Shown here: positions 19,146-28,354 of the stretch, piece after piece | Layout: each line of letters begins with the position of its first letter | How positions within the stretch are numbered: position 1 is the stretch's first letter | From: an uncultured archaeon | GTDB lineage: Archaea; Iainarchaeota; Iainarchaeia; Iainarchaeales; JAAZKV01 | Length of the DNA stretch: 55,574 nt | Assembly: GCA_902385225.1 (NCBI GenBank) | Contig: CABMEU010000016.1 | Span: 1 to 55,574, forward strand | Reading direction: 5' to 3' | Notes under the pieces: generated by a model | What the model was told of the DNA's origin: nothing | Databases searched by the model: none | The model's input: only the letters and a program-made list of their open reading frames with translations | Made by a program: the position numbers and the translations under genes

Positions 19146-19877
19146 ATGAAGAGAATTGTAATACCTGGTGAGATGGTATCTGACCAGAGAAAAAGACTAG
19201 GGGGCAATGTATTTGTCTCTGACGGAAAAATATATTCCAAAGTACTTGGAATAAGCGATGAGTCCGATGAGAAAGCATCGGTAATTCCTCTTGAGGGAAA
19301 GTATTTCCCGCAGGCGGAAGATGTGGTAATAGGAGTAGTGTCAAGGGTAGTGTTCGCCGGTTACGGCATAAACATTAATTCTTTCACTGAGTCTTTTATT
19401 CCGCGCTCAGCAATGAGAGAAGACCTAAGAGTTGGTGACCTCGTTTCATCAAAAATATCGTATGTGAACGAGTTAAGAGAAGCTGAACTTGGTTTTCCAA
19501 GAAGAATGTTCGGGGGAGACGTAATAGAAGTTACTCCTGTTAGAACACCAAGGCTCATAGGAAAGAACGGCTCAATGCTTGAGCTATTAAAGCAGGGCAC
19601 TGGATGCGATATAGTGGTAGGAAAGAATGGAAGAGTTTGGGCGAGAAACGGAAATCTTGACTTGCTAAGAAAAGTTGTCATGTTCATAAATGACAATTCA
19701 TACAAAAGCAATTTGACGAACTCAGTAGAGGCTTTCTTCAAAGCGGAAGGAATCCAAATCAATATTGCTCCAAAAGGGGAGAAAACAAATAATGCAGCTG
19801 AAGAGAGCGAAGTGCTTGACGCAAATGCAGAAGAAAGCGAAGTACTCGGGGGAGCCGAGTCAGAAGAATTAAACTAA
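19146..19877 (+). CDS. rrp4: Exosome RNA-binding subunit Rrp4
   Basis: VIPGE, S1 domain, KH motif RLIGKNGSM, VGKNGRVW. Confidence 0.93.
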   Translation: MKRIVIPGEMVSDQRKRLGGNVFVSDGKIYSKVLGISDESDEKASVIPLEGKYFPQAEDVVIGVVSRVVFAGYGININSFTESFIPRSAMREDLRVGDLVSSKISYVNELREAELGFPRRMFGGDVIEVTPVRTPRLIGKNGSMLELLKQGTGCDIVVGKNGRVWARNGNLDLLRKVVMFINDNSYKSNLTNSVEAFFKAEGIQINIAPKGEKTNNAAEESEVLDANAEESEVLGGAESEELN

Positions 19878-19892
19878 TTGAAGGTGAATGAA

Positions 19893-20771
19893 ATGACTGA
19901 AGAAAAAATACCGGATTACAAAAAAGACAAGAAAAGAGTAGACGGAAGAAAAATGGATGAGCTAAGACCAATCAGCATCAAAGTTGGGGTATTGCCTAAC
20001 GCTGACGGCTCTGCTTATTTAGAGTGGGGGCAGAACAAAGTTTATGCCGCTGTTTACGGACCAAGAGAGGCGCTGCCTAAGCACACACAAAATCCTTACA
20101 AGGCTGTTGTGAAAGTGACTTACAGAATGGCGACTTTCTCCGTTCCAGAAAGAAAACAGCCAAGACCAAACAGAAGAGATATGGAAATATCAAAAGTTCT
20201 CGGAGAAGCGCTTACAAAAGTGATTTTCACTGAACAATTTCCTAACACTGAAATAGGTGTGTATGTTGAAGTAATTGACTCAAATGCAGGCTCAAGAGTT
20301 GCTTGCTTGACAGCAGCTTCATGCGCTCTTGCTAACGCTGGAATCCCAATGAAGGATTTAGTTGCGGCTACTGGAATAGGAAAAGCATTTGGCGAACTAA
20401 TCGTTGATTTGAATAAGGACGAGGAAGACGCGCCTGACGCAGTTGATATTCCGTTTGGAATAATGCCTAACTCAGGAGAAATAGTTCTTCTGCAGATGGA
20501 CGGACTACTCACAAAAGAAGAGTGGGCTAAACTCGTCCCCTTGGGGATGAAAGCATGCGCTGATGTGTATGCGGTTCAGAAGAAAGCTTTGCAGGAAAAG
20601 TTCTCACTATCAGAGGTTTCAGAAAAAAATGTTGAAGCTGTTGTGGAAGCTAAGCCAAAGCAGGACCACTCAAAGCCAGGCTTTGAGGGTGTCGTGAAAC
20701 AATCTGTTTCACAACAAAAAGAAACCAAAACAGAAAAGAAAGAAGTTAAAGCAAAGAAGGTGAGAAAATGA
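19893..20771 (+). CDS. rrp41: Exosome exonuclease Rrp41
   Basis: RVDGRKMDELRP, ADGSAYLEWG, VYGPRE, DLNKDEED; GAAGGTGA RBS. Confidence 0.95.
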   Translation: MTEEKIPDYKKDKKRVDGRKMDELRPISIKVGVLPNADGSAYLEWGQNKVYAAVYGPREALPKHTQNPYKAVVKVTYRMATFSVPERKQPRPNRRDMEISKVLGEALTKVIFTEQFPNTEIGVYVEVIDSNAGSRVACLTAASCALANAGIPMKDLVAATGIGKAFGELIVDLNKDEEDAPDAVDIPFGIMPNSGEIVLLQMDGLLTKEEWAKLVPLGMKACADVYAVQKKALQEKFSLSEVSEKNVEAVVEAKPKQDHSKPGFEGVVKQSVSQQKETKTEKKEVKAKKVRK

Positions 20772-21568
20772 GACAGACTGTTCTTGAAAACGACGTGTCA
20801 AAAATAACTGAACTCGCTAAGCAGGGAAAAAGACTTGATGGAAGAGCGCTTGATGAAATGCGTGATTTCACTCTTGAACTTGGATTATGCGAGAACGCTG
20901 AAGGTTCGGCAAGAATTAGACTCGGGCAGACTGAAGTCTTAGCAGGAATAAAAATGGGTGTGGATAAACCATATCCTGATTCACCTGACGAGGGCGCAAT
21001 CTCCGTGGGCGCGGAATTAATTCCACTGGCTCATTCAGAGTACGAAGCAGGACCTCCATCATTTGATGAAATAGAGGTAGCAAGAGTAGTAGATAGAGGA
21101 ATTAGGGAAAGCAAGGCAATTGATTTCGCATCGCTCTGCATTAAAGAGGGTGAAGCGGTTTGGGTTGCTTTCATGGATTTCTATGCGATAAACGCTGACG
21201 GCAATTTGTTTGACGCTGGCTCAATCGCAGGACTTGCATCTTTCTTGAGCGCAAAAGTTCCTAAACTTAATGACAAGAATAAAATCATTAAGCACGAATA
21301 CAGCGGAAAGCTTGAGATGAAGAGAATGCCTCTACTAACAACATTCGTAAAAGTCGGCGGAAAAATAATGGTTGACCCAACGTATGTTGAAGAAAAGGCT
21401 GCAGAAGCAAGATTCTCAGTATCAACTACTGAAGACGGCTACATGGCCGCAATGCAGAAAGGAATGGGCGGGTCATTCAATGTAGAAGAGATAAACTACA
21501 TGATAGACAAGGCATTCACAATAGGTGCAGAAACAAGAAAGAAACTTGTTAAGCAAATGAAGCAGTAA
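20768..21568 (+). CDS. rrp42: Exosome subunit Rrp42
   Basis: RLDGR, AEGSARIRLG, ARVVDRGIRES, DGNLFD. Confidence 0.95.
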   Translation: MRQTVLENDVSKITELAKQGKRLDGRALDEMRDFTLELGLCENAEGSARIRLGQTEVLAGIKMGVDKPYPDSPDEGAISVGAELIPLAHSEYEAGPPSFDEIEVARVVDRGIRESKAIDFASLCIKEGEAVWVAFMDFYAINADGNLFDAGSIAGLASFLSAKVPKLNDKNKIIKHEYSGKLEMKRMPLLTTFVKVGGKIMVDPTYVEEKAAEARFSVSTTEDGYMAAMQKGMGGSFNVEEINYMIDKAFTIGAETRKKLVKQMKQ

Positions 21569-21577
21569 AAGTTTTAG

Positions 21578-21620
21578 AAATGAAGGGGCTAAAAGGCCTC
21601 TTCATTTTTCTGTTTTTTTT
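21578..21620 (+). terminator. Hairpin plus T-tract terminator
   Basis: AAATGAAGGGGC-taaaag-GCCTCTTCATTT then T runs. Confidence 0.65.
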
Positions 21621-21644
21621 ATATTTTTATCTCAAAACTTAATT

Positions 21645-22712
21645 TTATCTGTGCGGTTTTTGTGCGTTGAATCTTCTCTGTATGTAGCTTCCAAACAATC
21701 TTTGTTTCTTTGGAGAATTTGGTTTGGTGGTTTTAAGGAATCCTTTGCCTAATATTTCTTTGCCGTCAAAACTCTGTGCGCCAATCCAATTCTTTATCAT
21801 TTCCCGCTTGTATGGTAGGGCGTGATTTACCATGTCTGTCAAAGCTTCCCTTCTCCAGCTTCCAATGGATAATAGCGGGGAGTGAAGCGCCCTAACCCCC
21901 GTATAGATATAGACTTTTCCATCATTTGCAATGGTTAATCTTTGCGGCAAAGTCCATCCGTGCGGCATTAAGTTTGCAGAAAATCTTATTCTTCTTGATG
22001 ATTCCAGGGTTCCTTTTCCTTGCATTAAAGAATTAATAAATTCTGTCATTTGCGGTTCAAAGTTTTGGGCGTGGTATTGCTCTAAACGATTTGCATACCC
22101 TGAGTTATCATCTTTTACTTGTAGTTTTAATTTTCCTGGAATGGCTCGTTTGATACTCTTTGGCCACATATGTGTTCTTTCATAAGGGCTCTTTGTTACA
22201 GCAATTATTGTAAGAGTGGTTTTTGTTCTGCGCGCGGCTTCTGATAATGCCAATATTTTCTCTTTGACTTGTTTTCCAAATCTTAAGTGTTCTCTGTCAA
22301 TTGACATATTTATTTTTGGAAAACCCATTCGCGCAAGCATTCGCTCTGCCGCAACCGAGTTTGTTGGAAAGGTTGAGAGATTAGTCGTTATTTCCACCCT
22401 GTCTCGCCCGAGAAGTCCAACAGCATAACTCATCATGCGTTCAGTTTCTTTGTTTAGAAATGGTTCGCCGCCCCCAACACAAATTTTGGGTTTTTGCCCG
22501 AGGTTTTTTGATGCTTCATCAATTTGATTAATCACTCGTTTAAATTCTTCAAAAGTCATGTCGGGTCCGCGCATTTCATCCCGCGCAAAGCAGAAGTCGC
22601 AGGCAAAATTACAGCGAGAAGTTATGCGGATATTGATTGTGCCAAGCGGGGGCACCTCTTCGCCAAATTTAGTTGTTTTATGGTGTATGAGGCGCTTTTT
22701 TTTCTTTGACAT
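21645..22712 (-). CDS. Radical SAM domain protein, basic
   Basis: CNFACDFC (CxxxCxxC), GGGEPF, ITTN, MSID. Confidence 0.85.
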   Translation of the reverse strand: MSKKKKRLIHHKTTKFGEEVPPLGTINIRITSRCNFACDFCFARDEMRGPDMTFEEFKRVINQIDEASKNLGQKPKICVGGGEPFLNKETERMMSYAVGLLGRDRVEITTNLSTFPTNSVAAERMLARMGFPKINMSIDREHLRFGKQVKEKILALSEAARRTKTTLTIIAVTKSPYERTHMWPKSIKRAIPGKLKLQVKDDNSGYANRLEQYHAQNFEPQMTEFINSLMQGKGTLESSRRIRFSANLMPHGWTLPQRLTIANDGKVYIYTGVRALHSPLLSIGSWRREALTDMVNHALPYKREMIKNWIGAQSFDGKEILGKGFLKTTKPNSPKKQRLFGSYIQRRFNAQKPHR

Positions 22713-22870
22713 AAAAATATACTTCAGAGGGAATAGTTAAGCTTTTGCTAATTGGGGGATCATTTTCACCGGCGCGCCGCCTCCAAAAGAGTTTTAATCA
22801 AAAAGCGCGGGCATTCATTTGAGTTCCATGCATTTTGCGAAAGGTTTGCAAAAAAGCGCCGAATTGCAAT

Positions 22871-22887
22871 TGATTCAAAATGAATCA
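22871..22887. promoter_or_regulatory. Palindrome upstream of the TA operon, putative antitoxin operator
   Basis: TGATTCA-aaa-TGAATCA next to the TTTTTAAA TATA-like box. Confidence 0.4.
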
Positions 22888-22929
22888 TTTTTAAAGCATT
22901 CGCTTAATACCTGTTATAGTGGTGTTGTG

Positions 22930-23178
22930 ATGAATGTTAATTTGCGCGGTGCGACTAAACAAGTGCTTGATATTATGATTGAGAAGGGCTTTGCCGCCAC
23001 CCAATCGGAAGCGATTCGTTTAGCCGTTTTTTGGTTTGGCCAAAATAAGCTCGAAGAAAATGAGTTGGCTGCAAAAAAAATGGCCAAAATTCACGCCCAA
23101 ATAAAATCAGGCAAGCACAAAGTAGTTTCCGCAAAAAAAGCCGCTAAAATGTATCCGGAGCTCAAAAAGCTTTCGTGA
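22930..23178 (+). CDS. RHH/CopG-type antitoxin
   Basis: MNVNL...LDIMIEKGFAATQSEAIRLA; directly upstream of RelE. Confidence 0.75.
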   Translation: MNVNLRGATKQVLDIMIEKGFAATQSEAIRLAVFWFGQNKLEENELAAKKMAKIHAQIKSGKHKVVSAKKAAKMYPELKKLS

Positions 23179-23182
23179 TACA

Positions 23183-23437
23183 ATGTATTTGATTGAATAT
23201 TCTTCTAAGTGGTTTAAGTTTTGGGATAATATTCCTAGAGAGGAAAGGGAAAGAATCTCAAAGAAACTTCTTGAGTTAAAAGAAAAAAAGAGTTTTAGGC
23301 ATTTAAAGCTCGGTTCACCATATTTTGTTCTTGAGGTTGGGCAGTATAGGGTGTGTTTCATTGAGGAAGAAAGCAAAAGAATACTGCTTTTTGTCGGGAA
23401 TCACAAAGAGTATGAAAAGTGGATTGGACTAAAATAA
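23183..23437 (+). CDS. relE: RelE/ParE family toxin
   Basis: 84 aa; ERISKKLLEL, HLK.G.PYFVLEVGQYRV, FVGNHKEYE. Confidence 0.85.
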   Translation: MYLIEYSSKWFKFWDNIPREERERISKKLLELKEKKSFRHLKLGSPYFVLEVGQYRVCFIEEESKRILLFVGNHKEYEKWIGLK

Positions 23438-23474
23438 AGTTAATTTCTATTCTTGCAGCGCTTATTAAATTCAT

Positions 23475-23810
23475 TTAGTCTCTACTAAAATTCCCTTCTT
23501 TTAATTGTTGTTCAATAAACGCTCTTAGCCTTGTTTTTGCATCTTGTTGCATGTGTCGTCCTGTTTCGCTTGCCATTAATGGCAAAGAAGGATGGGCAAC
23601 ATTCCTAAACAATTCAGTGGGTACTTGGACATAAACAGTTTTGCCTTCATGTTGCGTTGGGACAAGTGTGTGATTTTCTTTTAATCTTAAAGACGCTTTC
23701 GCGGTTGGTTGTTGAGCCATCGACTGTCTGTGATGAAGTTGCCTAAGCTCCTCATTTAAACCTGCATATTTTCCTGGAAAAGATCTTTTTCCAAATAGTT
23801 TATTCTTCAT
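23475..23810 (-). CDS. Basic hypothetical protein
   Basis: 111 aa ATG-started ORF filling the gap; no recognisable motif. Confidence 0.5.
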   Translation of the reverse strand: MKNKLFGKRSFPGKYAGLNEELRQLHHRQSMAQQPTAKASLRLKENHTLVPTQHEGKTVYVQVPTELFRNVAHPSLPLMASETGRHMQQDAKTRLRAFIEQQLKEGNFSRD

Positions 23811-23840
23811 AATTAAATTGTGACTTCGGAATTAATAAAT

Positions 23841-24350
23841 TTATTCTTCAAAGTGCTTCTCAAATTCCTTTATCGCCGCAATAAAAGTGGGCGCAAATCT
23901 CTCGGGAGTTTTTGCAATCATTCTCATTACTTCTTCAATTGTGAATTCTTTTGAGTACTGAATCTCTTTTGTATCAAAAATAAATTCTTTAAGTGAAATT
24001 GGTTTTTTTGTAGTGAATATTGTGAAGAGGGATTTGTATTCAGGTGAATCATAGGCGAATGAAGCGACTTCTTTTAGCTCATAAGTCCTTCCAATTTCTT
24101 CATTCATCTCTCTCATCGCGGCTTCAAGCGGGGTTTCGCCGGAAATTGCTTTTCCGCCGACAGCACAGCACCAGGTTCCAGGGTAGGGTTCCTTGTCCTT
24201 TGCCCGCAGGCTGAGCACTATTTTGTTGCCTTGTGCAATTGGAATCACAAGGGACGCATTATGTAAAAACATTTTGCTCTTTAGCCGGCTTTTTGGGTGG
24301 GTCGCGATGATTTTTCCTTCCAAATTTACCTCATCAACCATTTCTTCCAT
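23841..24350 (-). CDS. NUDIX hydrolase (IDI/YfcD-like)
   Basis: VDEVN...H, RAKDK..YPGTW, GETPLEAAMREMNEEIG; real start 24350, the longer ORF overlaps rpl37ae. Confidence 0.85.
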   Translation of the reverse strand: MEEMVDEVNLEGKIIATHPKSRLKSKMFLHNASLVIPIAQGNKIVLSLRAKDKEPYPGTWCCAVGGKAISGETPLEAAMREMNEEIGRTYELKEVASFAYDSPEYKSLFTIFTTKKPISLKEFIFDTKEIQYSKEFTIEEVMRMIAKTPERFAPTFIAAIKEFEKHFEE

Positions 24351-24468
24351 AAGTGCAATAATGCCTGGTTTATTATAAAATAGAAGCGTATTTAGGGCAT
24401 TTTTTTGTTTTGCCTTTTGAACATTTAAAAACCTTTCTTTAGGGTTATCTTGTATTCGGTGAGCATTA

Positions 24469-24939
24469 ATGGGAAATACGGTTAAGGTTGGAAGCACTGG
24501 CAGGTACAGCGCAAGATACGGTGTTGGAGTAAAGAAGAGAGTACTCGCTGTTGAGAATAGGGCTAAAGTTCCTGTTGCTTGTCCTTTTTGCGGGTTCTCA
24601 AGAACTAAGAGAGAAGCTGCTGGATTATTTAATTGCAGAAAATGCGATGCTAAGTTTACTGGCGGAGCATATGAGTCACAAACACTTATTGGTAAAACTA
24701 TTAACAAAATGGTTTCACAGAAGCAGTTCCTTGCCGGGGCTGAAGTATTGGCTAAGGCAAAGGAAAGCACTTTCTCTGACATTGAAAGAGAAGTTGAAAA
24801 AGCTTTGACTACCGGAACAGAAGCTGTTCCTGCTGATGAAGCTCCTAAGAAAAAAGGAAAGAAAGCAAAGAAAGCCGCTGAAAAAACTGATGTTGTAGAA
24901 GCTGAAGCTGCTGAAGATGATTCTGCTGAGGCAAATTAA
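24469..24939 (+). CDS. rpl37ae: 50S ribosomal protein L37Ae (eL43) with C-terminal extension
   Basis: GRYSARYG, CPFC...CRKC, FTGGAY. Confidence 0.93.
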   Translation: MGNTVKVGSTGRYSARYGVGVKKRVLAVENRAKVPVACPFCGFSRTKREAAGLFNCRKCDAKFTGGAYESQTLIGKTINKMVSQKQFLAGAEVLAKAKESTFSDIEREVEKALTTGTEAVPADEAPKKKGKKAKKAAEKTDVVEAEAAEDDSAEAN

Positions 24940-24950
24940 GGGTGGTATGA

Positions 24951-25085
24951 ATGGCATATAAATGCGCAAAGTGCGGTACTGAAGTTACTAATGTTTCTGA
25001 AGGATTAGTTAGATGCCCTTCATGCGGTCATAGAATATTATACAAGACAAGAGAACCTATCTCAAAAACAATTAAGGCAGAATAA
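24951..25085 (+). CDS. rpoP: DNA-directed RNA polymerase subunit P (Rpo12)
   Basis: Not in ORF track. Hand translation MAYKCAKCGTEVTNVSEGLVRCPSCGHRILYKTREPISKTIKAE; GGTGGT RBS. Confidence 0.93.
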   Translation: MAYKCAKCGTEVTNVSEGLVRCPSCGHRILYKTREPISKTIKAE

Positions 25086-25096
25086 CTATTTTTTTT

Positions 25097-25330
25097 ATGT
25101 TTTTGCTTGAAGTTTGGCTTTGCTTTGATTCAAAGGACTTAGCAAAGAGATTTTTTGGTTCAATTAAGCCTGAATTAACCGAGGAGTTCTCGCGGAGCAG
25201 GACAACTATTGCCCAAAAAGACAATGAGCTGAAAGTTCGTGTCAGCGCTTCAGACAAAACAGCTTTAAGGGCTTCGCTTAATGCTCTATTAAAGCCGTTG
25301 GTTTTATTTAATGAGTTGGAGGAATTGTGA
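25097..25330 (+). CDS. pcc1: KEOPS complex subunit Pcc1
   Basis: SIKPE, RSRT, ASDKTALRASLN; superoperon position. Confidence 0.85.
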   Translation: MFLLEVWLCFDSKDLAKRFFGSIKPELTEEFSRSRTTIAQKDNELKVRVSASDKTALRASLNALLKPLVLFNELEEL

Positions 25331-25704
25331 TGGATCAGGAAGAACAGAGAGTATTAGTGCTGGATTTTGAGAGAAACAGGCAGCTATTAATGAATGTTTC
25401 TGCGCAGAAACAGCAAATCGCGTACCAGCTGGAAATGATTAATTCCTCGCTTGAAGAGATGGGGAAATCAAAAGAGAAAATGGTTTACAAAGTTGTTGGA
25501 AATGTTTTGTTCCCAAAGGACGCTAAAGAAATGGAGAAAGAGCTTAAAGAAAAGAAAGAGAGCTCCGAGCTTCGAGCAAAAACTATTGATAAGCAGGAAG
25601 AAACTTTGATAAAGAAACTTAATTCAATAAGAGCGAAAATTGAGGGCACTCAGAAGGAAGAAGAGCAAGAGAAATCTGAGAAGTCTGAAAAGAAAAAGAA
25701 GTGA
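25330..25704 (+). CDS. pfdB: Prefoldin beta subunit
   Basis: Coiled coil with VYKVVGNVLF hairpin. Confidence 0.9.
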   Translation: MDQEEQRVLVLDFERNRQLLMNVSAQKQQIAYQLEMINSSLEEMGKSKEKMVYKVVGNVLFPKDAKEMEKELKEKKESSELRAKTIDKQEETLIKKLNSIRAKIEGTQKEEEQEKSEKSEKKKK

Positions 25705-25819
25705 ATAGCTTCTTTTTCTAAATTCTTTTTTTATAGTAAATCGCCAGCCAAGCGCCAAGACTTACTTCCTTAATCCAAAAACTAAAACTATAATAACAAC
25801 TTAACTTCTAATCTACTGC

Positions 25820-26806
25820 ATGTCTCTCACAGCAGCGCAGTTAGTTAAGAAGCTAAAGAGGAAGAGTGTGCTTTTGCTTTGTCATGAGAATGCTGACCTT
25901 GATTCTTTTTGCTCTGCCGCGATGATGCAGAGATTTTTGAAAAAGAAAATGATTAATGCTTTCATCGGAATTCCTTCGCATATTAATGAGCACGCCCAAA
26001 GTCTGGCTCTTCGTGAAAAGATTTCGTTTTACATTAACCCAAATCTTCCTGTGTTTAATGTTGTGATTTTGTTTGATTTTAATCATTTGGAGCAGATGGG
26101 GAGACTTGGGAAGTCATTTGAAGCGTTAATGAAGTGTAATTGCTTTGAGGTAATGGCTTTTGATCACCATGTTCCTGAGAAAGGAAGTATTGTCCATGAA
26201 AAGAATGCAATAATAAGTGACAAATGCGTTTCAACCACTCAACTCGTTCGCAATTTCCTGGACATATTTGAAGATAGCGAGATAGATTTTTTGAATTGCC
26301 TTGGTATTATGGAAGACACGGGGCATTTTCTTGTGGGTAATTCAGAGAGTTTTGAGTCCTTCTCAAGTTCATTAAAAAATTCAGGCCGCTCTTTTGCCGA
26401 AGTGCTTGCTTTCACAAAACACAATTTGAAAGAAGATGAAAGAATTGCTTTTCTTAAAGCCGCTCAGCGCGCCCAAATACTAAAACTTGGCAGTGCGATT
26501 GTCGCAGTAAGCGAGTTATCCTTTTACCAGGGTCCCGCCGCCTCAAAGCTCCTTGATTTTGGCGCGCATATTGCAGTTGTCGCGGGGCAGGAAAAGAATG
26601 AGTTAACCATTCTTTCGGCAAGAGCAGATTCAGAGTTCAAAGAGAATAACAAATTCAATTTAATGAAGCACTTATTCGTTCCGCTTCAAGAAAAGCTCGG
26701 CGGCGCTGTCGGCGGTCACTCGGGGGCTGCGCAGTGGAAAGGAAAAGCGGGTGTTGGCGAAGTGAAACGAGTTGCGATTGAGATTTTGAAGAGAAGATTT
26801 AATTAG
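25820..26806 (+). CDS. DHH/DHHA1 phosphoesterase
   Basis: CHENADLDS, DHH, EDTG.F, GGHSGAA. Confidence 0.9.
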   Translation: MSLTAAQLVKKLKRKSVLLLCHENADLDSFCSAAMMQRFLKKKMINAFIGIPSHINEHAQSLALREKISFYINPNLPVFNVVILFDFNHLEQMGRLGKSFEALMKCNCFEVMAFDHHVPEKGSIVHEKNAIISDKCVSTTQLVRNFLDIFEDSEIDFLNCLGIMEDTGHFLVGNSESFESFSSSLKNSGRSFAEVLAFTKHNLKEDERIAFLKAAQRAQILKLGSAIVAVSELSFYQGPAASKLLDFGAHIAVVAGQEKNELTILSARADSEFKENNKFNLMKHLFVPLQEKLGGAVGGHSGAAQWKGKAGVGEVKRVAIEILKRRFN

Positions 26807-27900
26807 CGTCTTACTCTTTTTTTCATTCTTTCAATAACTTTGTTAGTTACAATACTAATTCCTTTTCGCATGTTTCTAACTTTTCTTGCGGTTTCAGGGG
26901 ATACTTTTGCCCTGTAAGTAACTAATCTCTTTTGCGCTGTTTCAATATCATAAATGCGTTGCTGCCTCCAGCTGAAATCCTTTCCGCGATACGCCGACTC
27001 AACCACAAAATCTATCTTTGCAGGTTTGAATGTTTTTAATAGGGCAATAACCGCTTTTTGAGTTCTTCCAGCGTATACTTTGTCATCAATAACCATTACT
27101 TTACTTCCTGGAAGCATTTGTGTAAGCCTTTTGTGGTCAGAAGATAATTGCCGCTGAATTTCTTTAAGATCAATTTGCTCCGTTGACCTTTCAGGAATCG
27201 CTGCGGTTGGATCCACAAAGAAAACAGGAATTGATTTTCCATATACGTCGCGCATAACACGTTTTATTGGCGTGCCGATATATCTCGCTGCCCTATCCAA
27301 AACAATAATTACTTCAATCCCTTCAGCGTGCGCTTTCTCAGCCATTGTCCTAAGCGCCTTTGAGAATTCCCTTTGCTCAAATTTCCCAAAAACCCTCTTT
27401 TTTGATTCGAGGGTTGCTTTTAGCTCGCTTGACTTTTGCAGAATCGCTTTTTCTGTTTTCATGCCTAGTCTAGCAAATCTCTCCTTTATCTCTGTTTTTA
27501 ATTGCGGACCAAAATTTCTCCTAAATTCTTCCTTGAAGGTTTTTGCATACCCTCCATATACTTCTCTGTGAAATAAGAATGGCACCATGAAACCTACTGC
27601 GCTTAATCCTCGTCTTAGCATTGTGTTATCTTGTTTTGTCATTTCAACTAGTTCATTTACTGGGTACATTTGGTGAATAACTTCTGGATCCATTCTAAGT
27701 CTGAAGTCTTCCCTTACTTTTAAAAGTAATTTATTCTCTTCGTCTTTTGGTGCAATAATATAAATAGTATTTCCTGAGGGGCTAGTCACCCAAGGCATTG
27801 GGCAGGAAGGTATTTCTGCGATAACTGAAACTGGGACTTTGTATTTTGCTTCAATTAGCTTTGCGTTTTGGATTGAATGCCTAACACTTTCTGATTCCAT
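26803..27900 (-). CDS. Basic hypothetical protein with C-terminal phosphoribosyltransferase-like domain
   Basis: VLDRAAR and VMVIDDKVYAGRT (PRPP-binding loop). Confidence 0.65.
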   Translation of the reverse strand: MESESVRHSIQNAKLIEAKYKVPVSVIAEIPSCPMPWVTSPSGNTIYIIAPKDEENKLLLKVREDFRLRMDPEVIHQMYPVNELVEMTKQDNTMLRRGLSAVGFMVPFLFHREVYGGYAKTFKEEFRRNFGPQLKTEIKERFARLGMKTEKAILQKSSELKATLESKKRVFGKFEQREFSKALRTMAEKAHAEGIEVIIVLDRAARYIGTPIKRVMRDVYGKSIPVFFVDPTAAIPERSTEQIDLKEIQRQLSSDHKRLTQMLPGSKVMVIDDKVYAGRTQKAVIALLKTFKPAKIDFVVESAYRGKDFSWRQQRIYDIETAQKRLVTYRAKVSPETARKVRNMRKGISIVTNKVIERMKKRVRR

Positions 27901-27921
27901 AAGAATTAGTTTGCTTGATTT

Positions 27922-28329
27922 TTACTTCAAATAAACAACATTATTCCCTTTCTTTATTTTTCCCCTGTCCGCGTATTTTATCAGGTAGTGTACGGTGGAT
28001 TTCGGGATATTAGTAATTCTCTCAATTTCGCGCACAGTTTGGAAATCCTTTCTTAGTTCAATTATCTGGAGCATTTTGTCCATCGGGATATCAATTGCTC
28101 TTCCTCTTCTTTTCTCAAGCGAGAGCGAGATTCCTTTTTCCTTTAACTTTTTCTGAGTTTTCCCAGGAAGCCGTTTAAAACACGAAGAAGAAAGCGTGAT
28201 TGTCTTAATTGGGCATCTTGCGATTAGCGCAAGTAATTTATCCCGCTTAATGGGTCTTACAAGGTGTATTTCAGCAGTGTCCTTTGGTATGCTTTCAACG
28301 TTAGTGTCTTCAGTTATTGAATATTTCAT
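27922..28329 (-). CDS. DUF1699-like protein with C-terminal HTH
   Basis: EIHLVRP...CP.KTITL.SS...GI.L...RGR; VREIERITNIPKSTVHY helix-turn-helix. Confidence 0.7.
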   Translation of the reverse strand: MKYSITEDTNVESIPKDTAEIHLVRPIKRDKLLALIARCPIKTITLSSSCFKRLPGKTQKKLKEKGISLSLEKRRGRAIDIPMDKMLQIIELRKDFQTVREIERITNIPKSTVHYLIKYADRGKIKKGNNVVYLK

Positions 28330-28354
28330 TCTACCAAATCCCCATTTTACTGCA

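Noticed and set aside
24351-24782. 313-aa version of the NUDIX ORF
   Set aside because: The extension is antisense to rpl37ae and crosses the divergent promoter region
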